In this document: positions 34,951 to 47,696 of the stretch, piece by piece | How positions within the stretch are numbered: the first letter of the stretch is position 1 | Layout of the letters: each line of letters begins with the position of its first letter | Assembly (NCBI RefSeq): GCF_033153115.1 | Contig: NW_026889814.1 | Location: 930,001 to 994,000 of the forward strand | DNA from: Saccostrea echinata | Taxonomy: Eukaryota | DNA: 64,000 bases | Direction of reading: 5' to 3' | Notes under the pieces: generated by a model | The model's database searches: none | Seen by the model: only the letters and a program-made list of their open reading frames with translations | What the model was told of the DNA's origin: nothing | Translations under genes and position numbers: made by a program

Positions 34951-37899
34951 GGGCAAACTGAGGAGGTCAAAGGTCATTGCCCTGGAACTGAAAAGTTGAT
35001 TTCTAGAATGGTTGGACATGCTAACCAATGTAAGGTCAAATTATGTGACAGAGAAAATGATGCATTGGTAGACACTGGTTCAATGAAAACTTGTATGTCA
35101 AAATAATTTATGAGTCTCTACAACCAAAGCCAGAACTTAGAAAATTGGAAGATTTTCAACTGGATGTTTATGGTGCAGGGGGTCACTCACTTCCCTTTTC
35201 TGGGTATATAGAGGGTGAACTTGAAATCCCATTTTTAAATCAGAATACAAAATTTGCCCCTATATTGGTGAGTCATTCATCAAATGAAAAGGGTGGTTCT
35301 GAGTTTCCATTGATAATTGGCACCAATGTTATCAGAAATTGTAAAGAGATTTTAGTAGTTTGGAATGTGTTTCAGAAATACCCGAACTATGGAACTTAGC
35401 ATTTAAAAGTATGTGTGACACTGCTTTGAAGGTCAAAACAAGAAACCATTTTCCAATTAGCATAAGTCCTAATGAGGTCAAAACGATAACGGGGTTAGTC
35501 AAAAATCTTATGACTTAGAAGCAGCAATGACTGAACAGTTAGATACTTCACAGTCAGAGAGTTTAGTCATTTGTCCTAGAGTCATTAATCTGAAATCCAA
35601 GATTGGGAAAACGTCTAGAATACCAGTTAGAGTTTGTAATTTATCTGCACAATCAATTAAGATCCTACCAAAGTCTGTCATCTGTTCAGTTAGCCCTGTT
35701 AAGGTAGTCGATTCATGGAGACCCAAGTCAGAGGAAGAGGCCATTGAAAATAAGGGAGATAACTCAGATATTTTTATTGAGTCTTTAGGTGCTAAGATAA
35801 ACAAACAGAATCTTACAAGTGAAGAAATGACAAGAACAACAGAGTTATTGAATAGATGGAAACATATCTTCTCAACATCATTTACAAATATAGGTAAAAC
35901 AGATTTGGTTAAGCATGAAATCAAGCTTACTGACAATTTACCTTTTAAGGAACCCTACGGGAGAATTTCACCTGGGATGTATCAGGAGGTAAGACAGCAC
36001 TTGAAAGAAATGCTTGATGCAGGTGCTATACGGAAGTCACAAAGTTCTTACTGTTCAAATGTAGTCTAAGTGAAGAAATCTGATGGGTCCTTAAGGTTCT
36101 GTATTGATCTGAGAAAACTTAACAACAAAACCATTAAAGATGCCTACACCTTAGAGTAGATGAGACTATTGATACTTTGATTGGGAGCAAATATTTTACT
36201 AAACTCGATTTAAGATCAGATTACTGGCAGGTCGAAATTAAGGAAGAAGACAAGCATAAAACAACTTTTTCTCTAGAGCCTTTGGGGTTTTATGAATGCA
36301 ATCAGATGGCATTTGGCCTGACCAATGCCCCGGCCAGTTTCCAACGTTTAATGGAAACCTGCATGGGTGATTCACATCTTAGAGAATGTCTTATATTTTT
36401 AGATGACATTTTAGTTTTTTGTCAGTCTTTTGATGAACATCTTAAAAGATTAGATGGAGTTTTTGAGAAACTTGAGAAACATAACTTAAAGCTTAAACCA
36501 TCCAAGTGTGAATTCTTTATGAGTGAGGTGAAATATTTAGGTCACATAGTGTCGGAGGAAGGTATCAAAACCGACCCAAATAAGATTGAGGCACTAAAGT
36601 CATGGCCAGTACCAAAGAATATTAAAGAATTATGCTCATTTTTAGGTTTCACAGGATATAAGCGGCGTTTCATCAAAGACTATGCCAGAGTAGTTCAGCC
36701 ACTTAATGAGTTACTGGTGGGACACCCAACAGCGAAAAGAAAGAACCAGGGAAACAGGAAGAAAATACCATGGTTATGGGGTAAGGAACAACAATTTGCT
36801 TTTGAGACACTTATAAGTAAGTTGACAAATCCCCCTCTTCTCGGCTATGCAGATTTTTCTAAACCATTCGTCTTGAATATTGATGCCTCCACTGAGGGCT
36901 TAGGTGCTGTTCTCTATCAGAACCAGAATGGTTTAGAACGGGTGATTGCATATGGCAGTCGTGGTTTAAAGAAAAGCGAGAAGTTGTATCCAGCACATAA
37001 ACTTGAGTTTTTGTGTTTAAAATGGGCAGAAGTCGACAAGTTTAAAGACTATCTATACAACAATTCTTTTGAAGTTAGAACGGATAATAATCCGTTGACT
37101 TATGTCACAACTTCTGCAAAACTCTATGCCACAGGTCATCGTTGGCTTGCTGCTTTGAGCAATTACAATTTCAGGATATATTACAGATCTGGGAAATTAA
37201 ATCAAGATGTAGACGGGTTATCCAGACGTCCATATCATCTCCAGATTTTTCCAGAGGCTGTCAAAGCAGTTTGTCAAGCAGCTCTCATTGACCGAGAACA
37301 ACTTCCATTAGCTGAGAGTCTACTCATTACAGACACTGGTCAACTCAACCCGGATATGACTGAAATAGAATCACAGGAACTGAGTACCGTTAACTGGAAA
37401 GAGAAGCAGGATGAACATCCAGTGATAAGTAAGGTTAAGTACTTGTTAACAACTGGTGAGAGGTTAGATTCTGAGAATGTTGATATAGAGACAGAGGAGG
37501 TTAAGAAGTATCTTAGAGAGAGGAAAAGTTTTGAGATAAGGAAAGGTGTATTGTTCAGGAATACACAGATGGATGGGATGAATATAAGGCAACTTGTTTT
37601 ACCAAAGAGTATGATAGGGACAATTTTCAAAGGTTTACATGAAGATATAGGACATCAGGGAAGGGAAAAGACCAGTTGGCTTGTCAAGAAGCGTTTCTAT
37701 TGGCCAGGAATGAATACTGATATGAGAGAGAAAGTTGGGCATTGTGGGCGATGTGTTAGAAGTAAGACCAGGGAACATCCTAGATCAGAGCTTGTTACCA
37801 TCAAAACATCGCAGCCAATGGAACTAGTATGTATAGATTTTCTTTCTTTAGAGAAGTCCAAGGGTAACATTGAGGACATACTAGTTATTACAGATCATT

Positions 37900-40048
37900 C
37901 ACAGGACGAAAGACCATCTTTCAGCAATCGCTTAATGGTGGCTTAATGGTAGCTTAATGGTGGCTTATAGAAGTCAATTCCTTTAAGCCACCATTAAAAT
38001 GCAGCTTCTAGGTGCTTAATGTCCAAACATCATTAAGCTACCATTAAGCCACCTTTAAGCTGCAGCTTAATGGTGGCTTAATATCCAAACTTAATCAAAC
38101 CACCTTAACGCATCCAGTATCAAGTCTTTAAACTAACTTGTTAAGTTTGAAGTTGTTTCAGAATCATTTACGCAAATACTTATTCAATTCATAATTTTTT
38201 TTCTCGCTATTTCTAACATCTTTGTCAATGCGTATAAACTCGGGAACTGAGAACAGCTTCACCAAATGCCTTAAAATTTTCGCTACCTAAAATCAGTTTG
38301 TTTGAATACTTGTGTTAAAATTATTTTTATCCATAAATACATAATATATATTATTTTTTTTTTAAAAAATCACATATTTTCCTTCCGTGTTTGGAGAGCC
38401 ACGTTCCGCTGTCGAATTCATAGGAAATGTTGTAATTAGAGTCATTTTCTGCTGGAATATCTCTAAGTCTCTTAATTTTTCTTTGGGTAGAGAAATGTTT
38501 AAGATATATAAAAAAAATATAGGTATAGATTATATTGCCCATCATTGAATTACTTCATGAATAATTTGAATTAATTCGTGGTTAAGTGCCTTTATTTTTT
38601 CCTTTCTTTTAAAATACTGCAGAAGTAAGAATTTATTTAAAATAATGCAGCAGTAAGAATTGATCAAAATATAGTCGGTCTTCAATGATTGTTATTTCAA
38701 AATCAATTTTCAGAAGAACAGCCGATCAGATTAAACAGGGCATCCGACCAGATTTATACACATTGAGAAGCGGGGTAAAATAATCAGTGTACAGTATATC
38801 GACTAGTTAGACAATAGACCTTGATTAGGTGTCCCCACTAGTCCCCGGTCAATTAACAGGAAACTATACACGGGAACGTACAGTGACAGATTTTGATGAT
38901 ATATTATTTTTACAAAACTTAAAATTTACGCAAGCATATAACAAATTAGAAATTATGATTGTACACAAAAAGACAATTATTTTGATACCCATAATGATAA
39001 AAAAGAATTAAAACTGAAGATGATATGTTACAAAAATATTTTATAACTTACTTGTTACGCAAAGATTGTCAAAAATCGTAAATAGCCGCAGCATATATAT
39101 AAGAACTATAATCTGTTTTTTTTTTCCCCATCGTTCTCTTTCGATGATATATTCCTTTTTTATAACAAAATTTTGTTATATCTGTTGAATTTTAATCTTT
39201 TCATGCTTATAAATCTGCGAATAACAGAACGAGGAATTCAGTTACTTAAAATCAAAGGGTTGTTTCACACGATCACACCGAATTCCGGTCCACGGTTAAG
39301 AAATATTAACGTAATATAAAACTTTATAAAAATTTCTTTTTTCAAAAATATATAAATAAAATTATTTGTATTATTGATTAATAAATATAAACATCAGAAA
39401 AAAAATACATGTACAGGTACCTTTAACCATTCCAAACAAGTTTTGTTAAAAATAAAGTTGTTATATTTCACACCATTTTCAACAGCCTCGATAGCTCAGT
39501 GGTTAAAGCGTTCGTCCTCCAATCTAAAGGTCGAGGGATCGAATCATGTTGGGAATGTTCTTTTTTTTTCATTTATTTTTTTTTTTTTAAATTTTCTTTC
39601 TTTAACATTATTTTCGCCGAATTCACAAATGTATAAACTCGACATTTATAATTTTTGTGAAGAAATCATTATAAAAATAATATTTAACCCATAAAAGCAG
39701 TTTTATCGACTGCGTAATGGTGACTTAATGGTGGCTTAAAGGTGGTTTATTGGTAGCTTAATGGAGTTTGGACATTAAGCACCTATAAGTCTGGCTTAAT
39801 GGTGGCTTAATGGTGACTTAATGATTGTCTAGAAGCTACCATTAAGCACCTATAAGCCACCATTAAGCTACCTTTAAGCATCCATTAAGGACTTTGAGAT
39901 GGCTTAATGGTAACTTAATAGTGGTGTATTTATTACTTAAATGTAGCTTAAAGGTGCTTAATGGTGACTTAAAGACAACCATTAAACCCTCATTAAGGAC
40001 CTATAAGCCACCATTAAGCCAAACTAAAAGGAAGTGTTTCATCTTGTG
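37900..40048 (+). mobile_element. Non-autonomous CACTA/EnSpm-like DNA element inserted in the integrase
   Basis: CACAGGACGAAA...TTTCATCTTGTG termini. 3-bp TSD ATT (37897-37899, 40049-40051). Subterminal CCACCATTAAGC arrays in both orientations. Excision restores VITDHFSKYAVA. Confidence 0.88.
39485..39550 (+). other. tRNA-like (Pol III A/B box) segment inside the CACTA-like element
   Basis: GCCTCGATAGCTCAGTGGTTAAAGCG...GGGATCGAATC followed by T runs. No acceptor-stem closure. Confidence 0.55.
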
Positions 40049-41658
40049 ATTTCTCAAAGTATGCAGTTGCTGTCCCTACACGGAATCAGAAAGCTACAAC
40101 AACAGCTAAAGCGCTTTATGAAAATTTCTTCTGTTATTATGGATTTCCACAGAGAATACACTCGAACCAAGGCAGGGATTTTGAGAGTAAGTTAGTGAGA
40201 GAGTTATGTAACATCGCAGGAGTAAGTAAAAGTAGTACAACCCCTTACCATCCTATGGGGAATGAGAATGTAGAACGCTTTAACCAGACTTTATTGAAGA
40301 TGTTAGGTACGCTTGAGGATTATCAGAAAGAGGACTGGAAATCCTACATTAAACCTTTAGTGCAAGCCTACAATGCTACAAAGCATGACACCACAGGGTA
40401 TTCTCCACATTATTTGATGTTTGGATGTCACCCAAGACTTGCCATTGATGCTTACCTAGGATTGGATGAGTTGTCTGAAAAGCCTAGGAGTAGGGAAGAC
40501 TATGTGGATAAACTAAAGAAACATTTAGATTTTGCCTACAAAGTTGCTAGGACAAATATGGATAAAAACACAGACAGATACAAACAGAAGTATGATAGCA
40601 GAGTTAGAAATTCACAACTAGAAATAGGAGATAAAGTATTGATCAGAGTTTTAGTTAAGTCAGGAAAGAGCAAATTATCAGACAAATGGGAAAAAGAACC
40701 TTACAGGATTATTGACATTCCAAATCCAGAAATACCAGTTTACAAAGTCCAAAAAGATTCAGGTAAAGGAAAGATCAAAACTTTACATAGAAATTTATTA
40801 TTACCATTTATGTATATTTCAGATACCACTATTCCCACAGAAGGATTAAGAAGATGTCCAATGAAAACAGAGAAACAGACGAGACAGTTTACTAGATTAG
40901 TTGAAAAGGAGGATTCAGAGGAGACCTAATCATCGAGTGAGGATGAGCTGTATAGAGTACGTACAGGTAAGAGAGGTCGGACTAAGCCTGATACATCAAG
41001 TATCTACCAGTTAAATGATTTTCAAAAATCTTTCGGTACCGAGGGCAAAGTAAGTTCCGACAACTTAAGTCGTGGTTATCGTCAATCAACACAGTTCGAT
41101 CCAGATTTGACTGTAAAGACAGACAAAGAGTCTCACATTCTGTCTGTACCCAACATTGATTTACCACCTTTATCCCCATCTTTACTACAAGATGGAGATG
41201 TTAAAAGTGTAAGTCCTGTTACTGTAATTTCACCGCCTAGATCTCCTAGGAGATCTACCAGAATAAAAAAACCCTCCTGATAGATTTGGTAGTTGGTATG
41301 TGGGAAATCAGCAGGTTTGGTATGTATAAGTGACACAGAGAAATCAAGAAGTTGGTATATGTAAGTGACACAGGGAGAGAATATCACAGTATTTTATGAT
41401 ATTGAATTAAACTATAGATGCCATGATAGTGGTACATGGACTCTACTGTATATAGTTTTATGACTTGATAATGGTTACAATATATGTAACAATGGAGTTT
41501 TATGACGAGATGGTTATGATACATAACAGAGTATTTTTATGACTTAATGCTTATAATGCATATTAGATTTGTTACTTTAGTATTTTTCATAGTATAATGA
41601 TTCACAAATTATTTTCAGATAAAATGTCAGGAGACATTTTCCTCTTGCACAGGGAGAA

Positions 41659-42250
41659 TGTCACAAGATTAGTATTTACTATGTTACTATGTATGATAAT
41701 TTTCTCATGCGTCATCTCATTCATTCATTCATTCATTCATGGTTTGTAAGTTCATGACCTCTGATGTCATACCGTGAGTATGGGATGTGTATGGGTGTGT
41801 TTGACTGGTTTTTCCAGTCATTGCGCATGGCTGGCGCGAACTTTATTAACCTTTGCATGCAGTAATATTATTTTAAATCACTTTATGAAAACCCTCTGAT
41901 ATAGACGGACGTTACGGGGACTGTCATTGTCCGTAACATAGCTTTATAATTAGGAGCTTAAATTCTGTCTACATGGTAAGATATTTTAATTAAACTATTT
42001 TATATTTTCAGTAAATTAATTTATGAATTAAACATTTGATATAAATTTCATCTAAATATTTAATGTGTGAATGGACGGTACGTAAGTTTTCATATTTATT
42101 GTAGATCACCATGTCATTGATGATATAACATATCAAATACTTCATCAAATACCATCATGTCGATGGAAGATAAATAAATTACATTGAACAGTTGTCCGGA
42201 GTTTTCTCTAATCCAAGAACTGTTAATCAAAAAAGTTAACACCCTTGAAA
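41659..42250 (+). repeat. 3' LTR of the Gypsy element
   Basis: Begins TGTCACAAG immediately after the PPT. Ends CACCCTTGAAA (CA changed to AA). Contains AATAAA. Confidence 0.88.
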
Positions 42251-43003
42251 ATTTCATATATAGCATAGTATTCTAAAGAGAAGGCTTGAAATCTTTGTTA
42301 GCAATTTTAAAAAATTGAATTATATTTTTGCAAAGTATGATCAGTATACTAGTATTGTCTTATTTTTTTCCATAGAAACACAAATAAACTTAGGATGTTT
42401 GGATGTTTCCCTTTCGTGTTATTAAGGGGTTGACCATTTGATCCGGGGGGGGGGGGGGGTTATCAGAATTTGAAACCAAACACTTTGCCTTTGAAAATTT
42501 TGCATATACATGTGATTAATAATCTCTTCTCCACTAAGAACTATGGGAAGTTTTCTAAGTGAAAAAAGAAAATAAAAATTAAGTTAAAAAAACTGTCCCT
42601 TAGGTATAAATGTTCTGTCTGCAAGGGTATTAAAATAAACAATCTGATTCAAGAAAATCACCACCACGCACCATCCCCTGGGAATTTTAGTGTTCAAAGG
42701 TTAGTTTAATAAATATAATAAATAACTCTTTACATGACTGACTGAAATTTTGAATTAAGTCTAGGATTGCTTAATGATCTTGAGTATACAGAATATATAC
42801 AGGAAAATTAGTTTATGAAAATTTATCTCATTAAAAATAAATCAAATCAGAAAAATGTCTATTTTGTAAACAAACAAAAAAAAAACTACCCTAAATCCTT
42901 GCGTTGGAAACAAAAATTAAATAAATAAATAAAAAAAAAAGGAATGGGAATAATAGAAAATCATATCAGGAGAACTACAAATGGATCACAGGACCTATGA
43001 ACA

Positions 43004-43036
<33 letters not shown>

Positions 43037-44086
43037 GGCAAATAGTTTATGTTTTGAAATAAGGCATCTTCAATAAAATATCGATTATCATTAAGATAAA
43101 GAAAAAAAAATACTTTTTCGCCCGCACCAGCTATGGTTACATATTGATGAATCCGTTTCTGTGGAACATTTCTGATTTCTTTAGTTCCGATGTGTTTCTG
43201 AGCACATTAACATCCCCTCCCCTTTAAAAAGGAAAAAAAAAAAGAAAAATACAAAATCTTTTCAAGAGAGCACGTATTTTAATAAATTTGTTTCAGTATT
43301 CAAAGATAAATTCAAGATTTTGCATTATCCACACACTGCACATTCCGAGACTCAGTCTTACACTCAGAAATGTTGCCAATTTCTGTTGACCCCCCCCCCC
43401 CCCCTGCTGGGGGTGTTTATGATTCTCCATGCCCCTTTGCTTGAGTCAGAAAAACATCCACATTATCTTTGTCCAGCTATGCCACTGAAATAAACATCTT
43501 TAACATTATTCATGTTCTTTATCCTTTAGCTGTACATATGTACTCTTGAAAATTTTCGTTATTTGCAACCGACCCTGATATCGAAATTTTCCATCAATAA
43601 GAGAAGGAGAAAGTTGGAGGACAGATTGCTTATAACACACATACTATTGGTGGAAACTGTCATGTTGTAAATATTGAATTTACCGGGTGGCAGTAAATAC
43701 ATAATTTACAACATGACAACTGCCACCCTGTAAATTCAAAATTTACAACATGACAACACTTGTACAAGTTAAAGGTATTTTTGAGGTGAAATCATATCAT
43801 ATTTTACACTTCATGATAGTAAATTAAATTATAAGATTAAATTTGTTTAGCCCAATTTATACCCAAGGTATATATGTACTTGCTCAATTTTGGTTGGAAG
43901 AGTTTCAAATTAGTTCTTTCTTCTTAATAAACGGCTTTCATTGATTGGATTTGATCTGCTACAGTTTTCCAATTCTTTTTTCTGAAACAGATCGTTTTAC
44001 CATTAAAAAGAAAAATTTATAATCAATGTCTTTATCCATTACATGTATGACGATCAATGTCTTTATCCATTAAATAAAACATATCA

Positions 44087-46656
44087 GTAGGTGCTAACTT
44101 CAGCATGTGGGAAGTTTCTAGTATGCCGGTCCCCAGAATCATGCGATTGCGCATGAGCAGTTATTTCCCTTGCCGTTGCTATGCAGAATGTAAACAAACC
44201 GCCATTTTCCCCTCGCTTCAACAAAACGCATTCGATCGAGTGATTAGGCTTAGGGTATATTGTTTTAAGATTGGAACTGTTTTATAAATCCACTCTTAAA
44301 TCTTCCTGACTTTGGGCTAATTCATGTAATTTTTGCTTACAAAAGGCACTGCAAAGTGCCTTTTGTGACCAAAAACTTGCATGGATCAGCCCAATTTCGA
44401 ACCGTGCCGATATACAATCTTATAGGAGTAAAGCATTAACTTAAACAAACCGTTAATTAAATATGGCATTGTATGCGATCTACGGATTAGGGTTAGTGTA
44501 TACATGTATATAGCTCGGATATTGTAACTGTTTTATATTCACCCATCCTCGCATCTATATCACTTTGGGCTTATGCATGCAATTTTTGCCTACAAAGAAC
44601 CGGAAGAACAGGAAAGTTTTGCGAAACTTGGATGAATTAGCCTTGGTCTAATGTTGAAACATGCCCGATATTGTGCGCTAGGTTTTGGCAAGTAATTGGT
44701 AAAAGCGACTTACCGTTTACTTAAGCTCGATATCCTAACCTCCTAATGTCCATATTAAGAATATTTTTTCTTTCAAATCAATGGTGATGCACAATTCAAT
44801 CAACCAATTACGAGTAATTAGTTATCACTTGTTAAATCCCTGCATTTCTCACAAAAATCTCGTAATTTTAGTACCATTTCACTTTGAGTCATATCAGCTA
44901 CTTCTTCATCAGTCTTCATTACGTCAAAACACAAGTGACGCATGTCATGAATATTTATGAGATTACGTCAAAAACTGATCATGTGACCACATTCCTAAAC
45001 AACGTAAAATGGAGTTTTATCTCCTAAACAAGTACGTTATTTTACGAAACCTTTTAATTCTCATTTAAAAAACTGTGTTTAAAAAACCCCAGTTTTTAAA
45101 CACAATTTTTCACAAGGAACACGATTTCTGGCTCAATTTTGCGATTTGTGGCCTTTTTTTTTTCGATTTTGTCGATCGCTGTCGCGATCGTATTATATTG
45201 TACACAGCCTTCGGCGGCACCTATTTTAGCGCCATATTTATAGGGACCGGTTTACTAGAAGTGTTCCCAGCATGTTGCGTGATATTTTGTCATTAATAAA
45301 CATCGCATTGTTTGCACCTAATGGGATGTTGAATTAAGTTCCTTAATAAACCCGCTACTCTGTCAGACGTAAGTCTCTTGATTGTACTGTTGTGTGTTGA
45401 ACCTTCATACAATAATATAGGTCTCATGTATGCAATAGAGAGGAAATCAGTATCTCCTCACATACCTCTGCATCAAGCCTAGTATCAGAGATAAGTTTAA
45501 AGTAAAGTTAATAAGTCCGGGAATGATGAAAATTTTTATAATAATTTTATAACAAAAGGTCCTTTGGAGAAACTATGCAACAGGGAAGCCTATCCCTTGT
45601 CATACAGTCTATACAGTCCAATGAATAAGTCTTGGTATTCCTCACCATGGATAATTAGATAAAAACAGTTACGAAATACCCCTGATACGCATTTTTATGA
45701 TAAGTTAAAGGCTTATCCAGAAACACTCTAAAAGACTCCTTGGACACCAGTAAGGCATTATGTTTGTCTGAATCATCCAGAAAACTACTTTCTCCACATG
45801 AAAGGAACACTGTGACAGTAAAACTTATCCTTATCTTCCAATGCATTGTCGATTCCCTCTTTCGAGTAATTTTTATACAAGCCATAGTCTTTCTAACAAG
45901 CCATGAGCAAGTCCGAAAATTAAAAGTGATTCGTTGAGTTCACAAGATTTTGCACTGCCAGATAGAAAGAAATTCTTCATTCATTGTCGTAACGGTTTCC
46001 CAGTTTTTGTCGGCTACTAAATGACATCCATTTTGGATTATGTCACAAAAATATGAGGTTGGGGCCATGATTGGCATCTGTCTACCCAAGAGGAGGCAGA
46101 TGGGGCCAAAGTCACTGCAAGACACTGGTCGTCATCATTGACATACACTGTACAAACCACGTACAGTTCCGGTGTTGCATGGCCCATATGGAACAGTATT
46201 AGGTGTTAATTTTATTTCAAAACTGTAAAATTTCACTGTAACCAGAACTAGATATTTACAGTCTCCCATCTAATACAACACATGTTAGCGAAATTGGATG
46301 GGTTATCTCAAATGTATCTGAAGCAAAGAAAATCCTGTGGACTACTAGAACAATCGTAAAACAATGATTTTTTGTGACAAAATGTTTCAGATCATACAAA
46401 GGTTATTTGCATTATGTCCAAATCAGATCTTTTCAGTCGGAACCCTTCTTTTCGACTTCCACGTTCCATTTCTAGGTCGTAAACTCTCCGTCGATTAACC
46501 TGCTTAACCACCATTTCCCTATTGTCGGCCAAATCGTTCCTCCAGAGAAGCTCTCGGGAAATCCCCACTATATGATACAGTTTTACGAATATAGACTTCG
46601 AAATACGCTATATAGCCATAGGTGAGGAAAATCGGACAAAAGAACGAAGGTTCCAT
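44087..46656 (-). pseudogene. Decayed cGLR paralog, interrupted by a DNA transposon and lacking the TPR-encoding 3' part
   Basis: 45268-46620 aligns by eye to ~24552-25960. It reads FVKLYHIVGISRELLWRNDLADNREMV...MERGSRKEGFRLKRSDLD, then many indels. About 20 bp more homology lies left of the insertion. Confidence 0.85.
44109..45267. mobile_element. Non-autonomous DNA transposon, GG...CC ends, ~25-bp imperfect TIR, 8-bp TSD (superfamily unassigned; Merlin-like is possible)
   Basis: GGGAAGTTTCTAGTATGCCGGTCCC versus GGGACCGGTTTACTAGAAGTGTTCC. CAGCATGT at 44101-44108 and 45268-45275. Confidence 0.82.
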
Positions 46657-47696
46657 GTATGAGATGGAATATTATATTCATACTATGAAAAGTGTATACA
46701 ATAGGCTAAAGGTGATACGAAGTAATATTCTAAATGGACAATATTTAGGTATATAATCAAAGTACAAATGTAATTTATCTTATAATGGTGTGCAAAAACC
46801 TGATTGTTTCTTTACAAAGAAAAAAGCGTAAAAACCACTGATTTAACAACGATTAACATATTTGCAAGAAAATTCATTAGCAAGCATTTCAACTTACAAA
46901 TAAGATTCAACATGTTCAATGTGTATTCAAGCCTTTCATCATATGAAAGTCAGATGTTGATTTTATATGTTCATTGTATATCAAGGATTAAACATTTAAT
47001 AAAGTAGATTTAAGGTAAATGTAGATAAAAAGACATGTTTCCAAACTGAATTATGGATTAAGGAGGTTCGATCCTTTTAAGGAGATTTTTCTCTGAACCC
47101 CTAGTGTGAAAAGTTTGCATCGTAGTTTAGTTTTAACAATACATCCGTATTTTACAATGCCAATGAAACTATGTTGATTTAAAAACCCACGATTAAAAGT
47201 CAGAGAAAAACAATTAGGTGGGGAACTATATTTTTGGAAGAAGGATTTTTTAGAAGGAAATGATCAATGTTCTGTTTCAAAATATTTATAGAACTGTTGG
47301 GTTTGGCTTAATAGACTTTCATGCTGACTTACTGAGTTATTTTGTGCAATGGTTGATGTTATACAGGCCCCCTTTAACATATTGAATAAACTTTTAATGA
47401 ATTCTTTCATCATATTTTGGCAAAACATAACAAATTTTTGAAAAAGTCCAGATTTTTGCACAAAAATAATATATTTAATGTTATATCTTCAAGAATAATT
47501 AATCATTGATCCTTGCTTTTAGTTTTCTTATCTGAATATACACTATCATAATTTTGATCAGTGTACTGTAAATTTACTAAAATTGATACTTTCAAATGAA
47601 TTTTTTTATTGATAAATTTTAAATGCTAGAAAAATGACATTACAGGAGTGCAAAAATGTAAGAAAGTTGATTATGCGAAGTATCTTTGATAGAATA

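Larger units (their letters stand above)
35010..41292 (+). pseudogene. Gypsy pol: protease, RT, RNase H, integrase (split by a CACTA-like insertion)
   Basis: ALVDTGS (35071). LDLRSDYWQV, FGLTNAPASFQ, FLDD. DAS...TDNNPL. H-x4-H...CGRC, IDFL, IHSNQG (catalytic D changed to N), YHPMGN..VERFNQTL. C-terminal RRSTRIKK. Confidence 0.93.
31743..42250 (+). mobile_element. Ty3/Gypsy LTR retrotransposon (decayed) with inverted 5' LTR module
   Basis: gag-PR-RT-RNaseH-IN order. PPT AGGGAGAA at 41651-41658. Starts TGTCAC and ends CCCTTGA(A)A. ATTT on both flanks (31739-31742, 42251-42254). Confidence 0.88.
31313..42430. mobile_element. Possible piggyBac-like MITE split by the Gypsy insertion
   Basis: TTAA|CCCTCTTACTACC at ~31309 and ...ATTAAGGGG|TTGA at ~42421-42433. 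The TIR match is weak. Confidence 0.3.

Noticed and set aside
37930-40020. CCACCATTAAGC arrays as CRISPR repeats or iterons
   Set aside because: They are subterminal repeats of a TIR element with a 3-bp TSD.
31743-42250. DIRS-type element as the explanation for the inverted repeats
   Set aside because: It encodes a protease and an HHCC/DDE integrase, has a PPT and PBS, and no tyrosine recombinase is visible.
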